A stretch of 60,383 nucleotides of DNA, the filler included, from Streblomastix strix (lineage: Eukaryota), in the NCBI GenBank assembly GCA_008636045.1. It is 3 parts of 3 records of this genome, joined end to end, with 100 filler letters (N's around TTAATTAATTAA, not from the genome) between each part and the next. Parts side by side here need not be neighbours in the genome. Positions count along the whole stretch, not along the records: positions 20,169 to 40,234 come from SNRW01000461.1; positions 40,335 to 60,383 come from SNRW01000463.1; 1 more part is not named here. The stretch is one strand, 5' to 3'. The position numbers and the translations under genes were made by a program. The notes beneath the pieces were generated by a model. It was not told the origin of the DNA and searched no databases. It worked only from the letters and a program-made list of their open reading frames with translations. This document shows positions 29,361 to 44,690 of this stretch, in pieces (the first letter of the stretch is position 1; every line of letters begins with the position of its first letter).

Positions 29361-29706
29361 GTTCACCTAACAAAAGCAAATAATAGATAAATAAGATTTT
29401 AATTGTGATCTTAAGTTAAAACAAAATTTAAAAGAATTTAGAAAAATTTGCAGTATTTAACTGAAAAACAATAATTTTAAATGTTGATAAATAAAAAAAT
29501 ATATTAATAATCGTGATATTTGGAAAAATATTTATAATGTAAATAAAATATTAAAATAAATTGTGTAATTTGTGATTTTATAGTTTTAACTTCATCTGAT
29601 TATTTATATTAAATGAAATATATATTAAAATTAGTTATAGTTTGGATAAATATAAATTTATCATCAAATAATAATATTTAAGTTAAAAATACAAGTAAAA
29701 AATCAC

Positions 29707-29835
29707 TTTCCACATTCCTCCTGGTTATAAACTACCTACTACAGAGATAATGAGCTCTTTGATTGTTTATTGACTCTCAGGTCACCAGCCAATGGGCCCA
29801 GCCCAAAAAAGTCTTTACATGTCAGAAAAAGAATA
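29707..29835 (+). repeat. DIRS left ITR
   Basis: GAGATAATGAGCTCTTTGATTGTTTATTGACTCTCAGGTCACCAGCCAATGGGCCCAGCCC is an imperfect reverse complement of 34790-34850. Confidence 0.85.
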
Positions 29836-31140
29836 ATAATCAAGTTCATCGCAAGAGCAAGGCCCCTCGGCGTACTACAAAAACAGCAAGGCACTCCTAG
29901 TTCTGACTTTCATGTCCAAACCCGAAATAGAGGCCTTTTTAGCGGACTAAGGTTTTGACCCGCCGATCTTCGACAAGGACAACCCCCGCTTCATAGAGAA
30001 GTTAAATGCACTTAAACAATACATGTTAAGCAAACAAATGGCGTTCGAGGACCAAACCTAGAGATTTCCAATGATGAACAATTCATTATCGAAAACTGAG
30101 ACACAACAGAAGATGACTTACGCACAAGTGGCTAATAGCTGGGAGGAGCAGCACAGGTTCTATATGTTGCATTGTCCTAAAGCATGGTTTATCGCAAATA
30201 GCAAGCTTGGACAGCCAGCAGCGTTATTATCAGGTCCCAGCGCACCGCCATCGAGTATAGCTTCAAACATCAATGATTCGGACTAGGATCTTCATTCACA
30301 GTAGAAAAAGAAGCACAAATGAACAGAAAGATCCCTCTCGGAGTCCTCGAGCAGCACTAGTAGCACAAAATCCAGTAGATATCACAGGACACAATCAAGG
30401 AGGCTCAAGTGCAAGAGATTCAGTAAATCATCCTCCATTTCAAGTAAATCTAGTCGTTCTAGATCACTTCGTAGAGATAAGCATCATCGACATCTCCACC
30501 ATTAACACCGCCATAGTGATGGCGAATTTCGAAAGGATAAGGCCAAAATAGTAGGAGTACACAGGCCTTCCCAGTTCGACCCGAAAAAAATGGAACTTAG
30601 AGATTCATGGAGGAAGTCAGTGGAGTAAAACAGGTGTCGATACGAGAACTTGTGGTCTACTTCGGAACCAGCTGAAATACAACCAAATGAATCGTCACAT
30701 GTCTATGCCGACTGCTCAAGAGCAGTTTAACTTGAAGAGAGTGCGTTAATTGCTGAGATTCATCGCATTATACCAGATTAACCACCTTCCATATATTTAA
30801 TTGATGCATATCTTATGTTCCTAACTGCAGGTGCGCGTCTTAGGTCGATTCGCTTTGCACATCATACCTAATGATAGAGTAGGTATTAAGCATCGGGCAA
30901 CTATAGATTGGCCCCAGCTTAGGCCCCATCCATATATGAGAACGTTCCGTATTACGGAAGGCTCAACAACTACAGAGAAAGAGGGCACAGACAACCGAGC
31001 GATGATTAATATGCGAATAGTCGCGAGAGACGCGTAGAGCAGAATCCTCAATGATTGATATCGATAGAAGGAGAAGAAGGAGAGCAGAATGGAGCTTAGA
31101 GCCGCAAGCAGAAATATGAAGCACCAAAAGACGATGACGA
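29819..31140 (+). pseudogene. DIRS ORF1 (gag-like), degenerate
   Basis: ATG at 29819 (MSEKEQQSSSSQEQGPSAYY...) in the ORF1 position; interrupted by TGA near 30320. Confidence 0.6.
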
Positions 31141-31191
31141 CTAGTTGGGGTAATCGTTAACAATAAACACCTAGATCCAATTGTTTGCGAG

Positions 31192-33170
31192 TTGCCATCG
31201 AGCAACAATTATTATACCGCAACTAGCGATGGAGACAAGTACGATTTAAATTTAAGTCCATTACAAAGTGGACGCCAGATTATTGATTTTTTAGCCGCAA
31301 TGGAGAACGTTAGACCATATCAATGGAAAACTAAGAAGCATAGCGTTTATCTGGAGAGACCAAGACAGTGCGCACAACCTACATGTCCTAAAACTCAAGA
31401 CGGCGTTCAAGAGGGACTAAGATGCACACTTGAGTTTATCCAAGATTATCTAGTAAGAGCTGGAAAACGACGTTATAACCAGGTCTCCGACTCTTTCATA
31501 AAGTGCTTGAATCCAATATTCGCGATCCCAAAGAAGAAAGAAAGCTGAAGGAAGATCCTGAATTGTCGAATTCTGAATAGCGAGTTGAGAATAGATTATT
31601 TCAAGCTAGTGGTAATAACAAACATTCAGGAAATAATAATTTCCAACGACTGGGCCTCAACAATAAACCTGCATCAATTCTTCCTCTACATTAGTGTAGT
31701 AGAAGAGAAATGACCATATCTATGCTTTAGCTTTAATGGTCCTTCATGCAGCTACAAAGGAATGCCGTTTGGAATTTCAACAGCCCCGAAAACCTTTACA
31801 AAATGCCTCCAACCTGAAATAGCAGAGGCTAGGAAGCGATACAGCTCGAGAATCTTCGTCTTCGTGGAATATATTCTGATCCTGAATTACGATCACACAA
31901 TACTATGATGCGAAATATATTAAGTATTGAAGATTCTACAAGAGTTTGGTTGGATGATCGCAATGAACAAGAGCCAGATAAATCCCTCGCAGATAGTTGA
32001 GTTCTTGGGCTTACAGTTGAACATGATAACAATGGCAATGTAAACGACAATACTCCGAAGGAGAGGAGTGCTAATGTAACTAAGACATCTGATAGATCTA
32101 GCTAAGAGAAAGAAACATGTAAGAACAAGAGACTTGGCATCGGTAATTGGAGAGATCCAATATACAAGAACATAATTTACACGAGACGCTCTTCACACCA
32201 AGTAGCTCTATTAGCTGAAAGACAGGGAAGTAGCTAGCAGAGGTTGGAACAAGTGGACTCAACTCAATAGAAGCGCGATTTCAGACATAACTTGATAGAT
32301 TAGCATGATCGCCCATAATCAACCATTGTGCTTCTTGAAACTTCATAAAACGATAACGACCCAGACAAATGCTTCGAGTTCAGGATGGAGGACAACACTG
32401 ATTAGGGAGAACCAAGAGAAGGTGTTCGCACATGGAGAATGGAAGGACAATAGCTTTAAGAGTTCCAATCAACGAGAAGTGACAGCAGTTCTGAAAGCAC
32501 TTCTAGAATTCCGTCAAGAATTGATTTAATAACAGCCTATTGGAATACAATTACTCACAGAGAACACAGTTACAATGTACTGCTTCAACAAAGGCAAAGG
32601 ATCAATTACAATCGCTGCACTAGTGGACAAGGTCCTCAAGTTAGCAGAACAATATAATTGGATAATAGAAGCTAGTCGTATTCCTGGCCTTTCGAACACT
32701 ATACCGGACAGCTTATCAAGGTTATCTAGATGCAGAGATTACGCAATCAAGAGAGAGGTTCTTTAAAAGACGCTCAAGGAGCTTGGGATCTAGATCTCTA
32801 TAGACGTATTTGCGACACGCGCGAACCGAAAATGCACGAGGTATTGTAGTATCTCCAAAGACAAGTTTGCTGTCAAGCGAAATGGATTCAAGCTAGAATG
32901 GTCAGAAGAAGTTCCATTACTCCATCCTCCAATCTCTTAACTACTGAAAACTATCAGGAAAGTCAAGAAGGAACGAGTTCCAATAGCAGTCTTGATAGCA
33001 CAAGAGTGGCCCAATTAAAAGTGGTTCACGGAGCTAAGAGAGATCGCGATACAGAAAGTATGCTTAGGAGAGAGTATGCAAGTCTTAGTAATGGGAGCGA
33101 AACATAGAAACAAAGGCTGGGCGCTGCCACCTGGATTGATTTACCTTTTTTTAGTGGGAGCAAAGACGGA
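31192..33170 (+). pseudogene. DIRS reverse transcriptase / RNase H / N6-adenine methyltransferase-like ORF (frame +1), with premature TGAs
   Basis: RT motifs: NPIFAIPKK..RKILNCRILN, GMPFGISTAPKTFTK, VEFLG. RNase H motifs: TNASSSGW, SSNQREVTAV, IPGLSNTIPDSLSR. MTase motifs: IDVFATRANRK, LLHPPI, EWPNQKWF. Stops at 31546, 31711, 31906 and 32293. Confidence 0.88.
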
Positions 33171-34697
33171 GAGAAACTTTCCAGACAGCTGTTACAAGTT
33201 AAAGGACAGAGCTCCAATGCGGTAGACCGAATCATTTCTAATTGGTCCATCTAATAGAGAACACACATGGTAGAACTTACATTTCTAACAGGATACCTCA
33301 AGAGGATCCATCAACTGTCTGACTACCTTTTAAATCTAGATCAACCACAGATCTTCATGGCAAACGATTTAGAAGATGCAATAAGTCAAAAGTGTTCAGA
33401 TAATTCAGTCAAGAATTAACGATGTGTATTAGCAGTATTGCTTAAGTTCATGGGATACTCAGAACAATAGATCCACTCTGATCTAGTCAAGCAACTTATG
33501 CGAAAGATTAGAATGCGACTTAGATAAACAGATAAAGAGAAACAGATCTGGGATCTAGACATTTTATTAAATTACATCAAATCACAAGTCCCACTATTAA
33601 AACAAGGTCTCCTCACAGTGTAACAAAGGAGAGCAATAGCTGCAACACTAGTAATGGTATTCATAGGAGCCAGGTTAGCAGAATTGCATAGAGCCATATT
33701 ACTTAGCACATCGGATGTTGAGTACATAATTCAAACTACTATCTTTAAGTCCCCCCAAAAAATCGCTGAATTCAAGATTTGCAAAATTCCTGATGAGAGA
33801 ATCTGCCCACTGCGTTGGTTCAAATCCTGGTTTGCTGATAGAGAACCAGTCATTCCAAACAAGGCCCAAGAACTCTGGAGGATCAGCCATGCGGAGAGAT
33901 ACATCCAAGCTGATGATCTTAGCAAAGCCATAAGAGCAGTAATGCAATCTGCCGGCATTAGCAAGACATACTCAGTTACCTCCATTAGGGCTGCTGCAAT
34001 CACCAAACTCTTAAAACATAATGTCAGTAGTGTGCAAGTTGATAGATTCACGCACCACTCAGACACTGCCTCCGCAGTAAGGCAGTACTATGACAAGAAC
34101 TATAACGTTAAAGCTAGAGAGGTACTTGGCTAGACAGAAGAGGAACTTGACAATGAAGAAGATGAAGAACAAGAGAGAACACTACTAGAAGAGATTGAAC
34201 ATGAGAGATCCAATGTTGAATAGAGAATATCAAGCCCTGATGGGGTTCTTTCTCCAGGTTTGAGCCATCTGAAGTTTTCTTAACCCCTCAGTGGCATTCA
34301 AATCACATAATCATAGTCCTCCATTGAGACTGGGGACACCTTTTAACCATTTTTATAATATTCCAGAACTCCAACTGAAGTAGTGGTAGGCTAGAAGGCT
34401 CAATAAGATGCTGCGAATGCTGAAGAAGTAGCCAGACTCTTAGATCCTTTCAATATTGGGAGAGTCAATAAACAATCTAAGAGCTCACTATCTCCGTAGG
34501 AGGTAGTTTATAACCCGAAGGATTATAAACAATCCTCCGGAAGAGATATGAGCTCTTCGTTTGTCCCACCACATTAAGATGTTCCCACCCTTGGGAATTT
34601 GGGGCAAACGGAGAGCTCAGAAGTCTAGACATAGAGTAGTGCTGATGAATGGTATGAAATGCCAATGATAAAAGAAAAGGAAACAGATGATTCATGA
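32898..34697 (+). CDS. DIRS tyrosine recombinase (frame +3) with acidic/Ser-rich C-terminal extension
   Basis: IWDLDILL, GARLAEL (catalytic R), ICPLRWF, YSVTSIRAAAIT and RFTHHS...RQYYD (catalytic Y). Open to TGA 34695-34697; the start codon is uncertain. Confidence 0.85.
34460..34563. repeat. DIRS internal complementary region (ICR)
   Basis: 34460-34515 is complementary to the outer left ITR (GGTTATAAACTACC...TTGACTCTC). 34526-34563 is complementary to the outer right ITR. Confidence 0.88.
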
Positions 34698-34769
34698 ACT
34701 ATAAATGCTTTCGCATGTTCCAGTTCCTGAAACACAGCTTATTTTATTATATTTACTATTTATTTATTT

Positions 34770-34865
34770 GACTATGTCACGATTTTTCCGGGCTGGGCCC
34801 ATTGGCGGGTGCCCCAAGAGTCAATAAACAAACGAAGAGCTCATATCTCTTTCGGAGGATGGTTT
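34770..34865 (+). repeat. DIRS right ITR
   Basis: GGGCTGGGCCCATTGGCGGGTGCCCCAAGAGTCAATAAACAAACGAAGAGCTCATATCTC, ending in GGTTT. Confidence 0.85.
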
Positions 34866-35365
34866 AGGTTCAAAGTCTTGTTGTAGATCAATCCACCTAA
34901 CGCAGATCGTGTTTGGACTCCGAAATGAAAATTGTATCTAATTGCCCACGACTAACATAAATATTGCATAAATTGAAACCCAATTATAAGAATTGCTGGT
35001 GCGTATGGAAAACCAGTATCTGGATCAAGTTATTTGTTGGAAATCGCTTTAAGAAGCTCTTTCATTAGCAAAGGTTAAATAGCAGCTATTATTGTTCTGA
35101 AAATTAATAAGTTATATAGTTTAGAATATAAATATAGCATACGTAAGGAAGAACATTACTTAAACAAGCAAAAGTTGGGATTATCAATTCAATTATTGCA
35201 TACATAACTTTTATCTTTACATTTTTGGTAGATACATCCTGTTGGGTGGTGATACAAACGACAAGTGCAGGAACCAAGTTCGACTGACCATGTGTCGTCT
35301 TTGATACAAGGGTCCGAAAGATTGATGACTCCTTTTGGTGGTGGATTTTACCCAGCAGTAATTAT
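34866..35365 (-). pseudogene. ABCC/MRP transporter TMD1 fragment interrupted by the DIRS element
   Basis: Exon ~35097-34866 reads IIAAIQPLLMKELLKAI...GFQFMQYLCQSWAIRYNFHFGVQTRSALGGLIYNKTLNL; a probable upstream exon lies at ~35220-35365. Confidence 0.75.
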
Positions 35366-35720
35366 TATTATAAAAAATATGAATAAATGTTTGAGAAATA
35401 TCCTAAGTTTTAGTTAGAAATAGAAATAAAATTTAAAATGCAAATAATGCATTATTTGGAATAAATATCTTCAATTTCAATATAAATTATGAATAAATAA
35501 CACATGTAACCATCATTCTATGTAATTATATATAAATAAATAAATTAAAATTACATTCGAGATTTCGATTTTTTGCAAACTTATAAAAAGTGAAAAAAGA
35601 TTTTTGTTTAGATAATAAATTTTAGAGTAAATTGGATAAAATTAAATAAATTTGTATTATATTAACTATCTATGTTTTATTACTATAAGTTAACTCTTAA
35701 ATAACACGAATGATTAAAAG

Positions 35721-40234
<4,514 letters not shown>

Positions 40235-40334
40235 NNNNNNNNNNNNNNNNNNNNNNNNNNNNNNNNNNNNNNNNNNNNTTAATTAATTAANNNNNNNNNN
40301 NNNNNNNNNNNNNNNNNNNNNNNNNNNNNNNNNN
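40235..40334. other. Artificial contig-joining spacer
   Basis: Same N/TTAATTAATTAA/N 100-nt linker. Confidence 0.98.
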
Positions 40335-40460
40335 ATGATGGATGTAACATCAATGTGACAACTAACAATTTATAGATGAAAATGGGAGTAATGTCCATGA
40401 TTAGTATGGAAAAGTCAGCTCTTACAGGTATTCATAATAAGATGGTTGTATTATCAAATG
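40335..40460 (+). pseudogene. Short fragment resembling the C-terminus of a Polinton-type DNA polymerase B
   Basis: DGCNINVTTNNLQMKMGVMSMISMEKSALTGIHNKMVVLSN; the assignment rests on recalled similarity only. Confidence 0.4.
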
Positions 40461-42609
40461 TAATGTAATTAAGAGTAGGAGATAACAAATCTGATTAGCT
40501 TGCTGCTACTAATTTCTGTAGTAACTTATTATTTGATATATGAGGATAATATGGCTTTGGTAAATGATCTGATTTAACTTATTTAGTTGTCTCAGGACCC
40601 TAACAGAACTTCAAATGTCTAGCAAGATCTCGCTTATAATGTTAATTCTTTGTATTAAATATCATTTAACAATTATTGGGACAGAGCTTTCCATTAATAA
40701 CCTTATCAATATCACTAATATACATCGCATGAACTTCATTAACTAATTACAATGGAACTAATAGAACATTAACTGTTAAATAATCCTTGTCGATAATATA
40801 TTCTTCAAACTTACTGAATTATTCGACATCTCTACTGTTGATTTTATGTTTCATCTCATCACACATGTATGGTATTACATTTAGCTTGAATATCTATTGA
40901 TATCTATCAAGATCAGTAACTAAATTGAAACCTTTATATGATTCAAGTAGCTATTTGTTAGCCTTATTTAATCTGTTAGAGGGATTAATGTCATGGTATT
41001 AGAGAAACAGTTTAATAGCATCACTAACTCTAGTTCTTGTTTAATCAATCTCAGGATGTAAGGCAAATGATGCAACGATAAACCAACAAATATTGTATTC
41101 ACAATCGATATCCTTAGTTATACCTTCTTTATTGAAGTGCTAACATATTTTATCCATTTTAGTCCCTAATGGCAATCTATAAACAACAATCAAAAACGAG
41201 TATAGTGCTACCTTTAATGTTGCTGAATCTTCATGTGTTGTGTCTTAATAATCAGATAGTAGGTCGACAGCTTTCTGTTTGAAATAGTCGTTAGTTTGTT
41301 TATCTCGAACTACAGTGTTAGGTAAAGTCTTATAACTGTTATCAGCACTAGAACCTGTGTGAGAGTAACGATACTCATCTAATGTTTGTTAGTGCTTGTA
41401 TACCTATTTCTTTTTCTACCAGATAGATCCAAAATCAATGCATACCTTATATGGTTTAGCTTTCTCTAATTCGTATACCTAGTTGATTTTATCTTTCAGT
41501 TGTTATAAGTCATAGAAGTGATTGTAATAGTATTAGATATATAGTTCTTTATTGAGTATATATTTTGACTTTATTATTGTGTTTTTGTTATATTTGGTTC
41601 ATTAAAGTGATCCTTATGTAATCCATAATATTAATCATTAAGCTTTTTAACCCATCTATTGAATTCTTTAGCACCTAATTTTGCTTCTAAATAACTGAGT
41701 AGTCTAAATGGTTTTTTCTCCCTATCTCTTATATCTTTAATTGATGAGTATCTGTTATAGCTATTCATATAGTTTATGTCTCTTCCATTTGGTTTAAATC
41801 ACTTTAGCCGCGTTTACTGACTACTTCATTAGTTGCTCTGCTAAATGTCTTCGATAATGCTTTTGGATTAGTATAGCTGCTTTATTCTATTTCTCTATTC
41901 TATCATTTAATTCTTGTATCTCTTATTGATGTAACTATTCTTATTGATCTAATTCTTATTAATGTTTCAATTATTGTTCAGCTAGAAATTGTTTATAATT
42001 TTCATTAATCTCAATTGGCTATTCTTTAGGCTATTCAGTTTCATTATCCAAATCAAATTCTTCTCTTAAAATATTATTAATTGTTTATAGTTACTCTTAT
42101 AGCTAATGTATCTAGTTAGTGATTTATTGCTAAGCTTGTAACAATTATTACATACGTTATCTTCGACCACTTTGTTCAAATTTTTATTTATAATTAGCTC
42201 TGTATTTTTCAGGACTGAATAGACCTTCATCTGAATTGTCAGACTAGTTCAATTCGTTTATGATATCTTCAATGTTTTTGACTAATTGTGATTAATGTTA
42301 ATCATTATTCAACTACTATTACTATTCATCAACTGTTTCTGTTAATGGTTGGAATTAGGGTTATTGTTATTGTTCAACTTATTCTAATTATTACTATTAT
42401 TAACCATTTCTTTCAGCAACAATTTGATTTACAAAAGATACGATTTCAATTGTAACAGTTATATGACCTTAATAATTCAAACGAGTAAATTCATTAGTTA
42501 ACATATTTCTTAATTCAACTGATGTATAATTAGGTAAATATTGAACTTATAATTAATCTAGTAGGTTCTAAATCTATTATTTACTCATCCTGTATTTCTC
42601 AGACATTTT
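40453..42609 (-). pseudogene. N-terminal half of a Polinton/Maverick-like protein-primed DNA polymerase B ORF, frameshifted and truncated
   Basis: Gln-rich coil, then DIDCEYNICWFIVASFALHPEI...HAMYISDIDKV..KLCPNNC...RHLKFC...KPYYPHISNNK...NYITFD. It stops where the exonuclease motif I would begin. Intronless, with 2-3 frameshifts. Confidence 0.55.
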
Positions 42610-42683
42610 ATGATAAGAAAAAAAACTGAATTAACTTCTTTTGCTAGATTTTGGCGCAATTTGATATTTTTATTTTTTAATAA

Positions 42684-42974
42684 ATGACATAAGAATTGAA
42701 GTCGTTATTATTATAAATATCATCAATCAAATCAGCTAAAGAAATGCATTAATTCGTAAAAGCAAATAAAGAATTGTTATCTACAGCAAGAGCATTCACA
42801 TTGAATAAATATATGACAATACCATTATTTAAATTTTATTATAAGAATAATCAATTAAAGGTTTATCTTATATCAGAACATAGATTATACCGTTGCAAGC
42901 AAGTTGAATTATTACCATAGACAGCTAATTAACTTAGTGATTAGAGTGAAGATATTAATGAAAATTCAGATTGA
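42684..42974 (+). CDS. Small intronless hypothetical protein (96 aa), divergent from the pPolB-like ORF; probable element gene
   Basis: ATG 42684 (MTQELKSLLLQISSIKSAKEMHQFVKANKELL...) to TGA 42972-42974. Confidence 0.5.
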
Positions 42975-43288
42975 TTATATATTATTTTTAACTATAATAT
43001 TTTTAATTATTGATACATAAAGTATACCCATATTTGAAATTATTTGAAAAATTTTAGTAATTTATTTCATAATATCTTAACACACAACCCCACATCACTA
43101 TCCTAATTATTATACATATTAGTGATATAAATAGTGATATCGACTATACAAATAAGTAATTGATATAATTAGTCTATTAGTCAGTGCAGAAATTAATAGT
43201 TAAAATTGCTAAATTTTTTCATAAATTTTGAAAATATGACCTTTATTTTTCAAATCATTTTGAATATTTTTGAATAATTTTTAAATAT

Positions 43289-43492
43289 TAATCCACATCA
43301 TAAATACATCACATTGCTGAATTGCGATCATTTGAGTCATAGACATTTGAATAGAATTATCCACATCATTTGTGTATCACATTGAAGATTTGGGTTCATT
43401 TAAGTCATAAGTGTTTGCTTAGAATTATCCACATCATAAGTGCATCACATTGATGAATTTGGCTTAGTTGTAATAGTCATTTGGCGCGGAGA
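43289..43492. repeat. Three degenerate 68-bp tandem repeats
   Basis: ATCCACATCAT-N6-ATCACATTG starts at 43291, 43359 and 43427. Confidence 0.85.
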
Positions 43493-44004
43493 TTATGGTT
43501 ACAAATAGCGCGGCAGAATTAGTGCACTGTGGTTCCGTCCATATATATTATTTGTCGCTTCACGTACATCACCGAATATTAATGCTGCTTCAGCTGCAAC
43601 ACATGCATGTTAAGCAAGAACTGCAAACCGTTGAGTTTCTACCTCGACTTTTAGGTCATTCTCCCCAGAACAGCCAATTACTTCCTTTTCATTTAATTCT
43701 TGATCCGCAATGTCTTCGCTTCTTTCAAGGAGCCTCTCTCTTTCGAGTTTGTTTGCTCTTTCGCTCGTAGGGTTAAAACTCTCTCTTTCTGCTTATAGTA
43801 CTTTACAAAAACCTTCGTGGCAGCATCGAAGAGTTACGTTCTCTTGGTCTCTTCTTATGAGATAGGTGTGTTGCTTATAAAATCATAAACCCAGGGTTAA
43901 ATTGTGAGATTTTATTATTTCACGTTTTCATCATTGTCATGATGCTGCTCTTACGAGTCTTATATTTAGTTGATATGTTCCTTCTCTTTTGGAAGGTCGT
44001 CCAT
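43477..44004 (-). CDS. Hypothetical 175-aa ORF, possibly a retroelement gag-like remnant
   Basis: ATG 44004 (MDDLPKEKEHINQIQDSQEQ...) to TGA 43477-43479. GC is above background; an overlapping frame reads VETQRFAVLAQHACVAAEAALIFGD. Confidence 0.35.
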
Positions 44005-44280
44005 AAAGAAAACTGAATAGTATAACTCTAACTTTTTTTGTTTTGATCTGGCCATTTTTAGTTGGCTTTTGTATTTCAATAAAAATGGAGGTTGCAAGAT
44101 GATGATTGGTTCAGGTAAAACCCACCAAGTTTGGTTTTAACCTTTTTTTTTGTCTTTCTTAATGGCCACTCCATTGTGTACATTTTATGGGGAATGGCCA
44201 GAAGATCTACTTCAAATAGTTGATGGCAGTCACACAATAAAGGCGAAGTTGATGTATATTATTATACATCCTTTAAAAAA

Positions 44281-44690
44281 AATTTGTAATTGATTTTTCT
44301 CGATATTCGGATATATTTTCTCAATAAAACTATATATTTATAATGAAAACTAATAAATTGAAATAAAATTTTATCCTAAATAATACATTATTAAAGATTT
44401 ATGAAAATTTAATAAAACTCAATTTATCAAACATTCTCCAATGTCAATTTAGAATTTTTATTAGTATTGATAAACAATAAATTATTATTGATAAAAATAT
44501 ACAAAATTAATATTTTTTATTTCTTTATTTGATTCACAAAACTTTTAAGAATAATCAAGAATTAAAATTCCACATACTTCAATGAAAAATAGCTAAATTT
44601 TTCTTAATTACTTTTAAATTATTTTTATATAATCAATTTAAAACAACATTGATCAATAATTGAAGAAAATATATAGATTCCGACTGAAAT
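44281..44690 (+). repeat. Direct repeat copy 1 (upstream region of UTP25)
   Basis: TTTGTAATTGATTTTTCTCGATATTCGGATATATTT...CAAACATTC matches 48803-48960; weaker similarity continues to the ATG. Confidence 0.85.

Larger units (their letters stand above)
29707..34865 (+). mobile_element. DIRS1-type tyrosine-recombinase retrotransposon, full structure but mutationally inactivated
   Basis: Non-identical ITRs, an internal complementary region, TTT at both ends, and gag, RT/RNase H/MTase and YR ORFs. Confidence 0.92.

Noticed and set aside
43289..43492. CRISPR-like array or bacterial oriC (TTATCCACA equals the DnaA-box consensus)
   Set aside because: The intervening sequences are similar to each other rather than unique spacers, no cas or dnaA genes are present, and the context is eukaryotic.
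43500..43560. IYMDGTT as a DDE transposase first-Asp motif
   Set aside because: The ORF ends ~20 codons later and no other catalytic motifs are visible.
44247..44270. Short hairpin GATGTATA-TTAT-TATACATC
   Set aside because: An 8-bp AT-rich stem is expected by chance in this composition.
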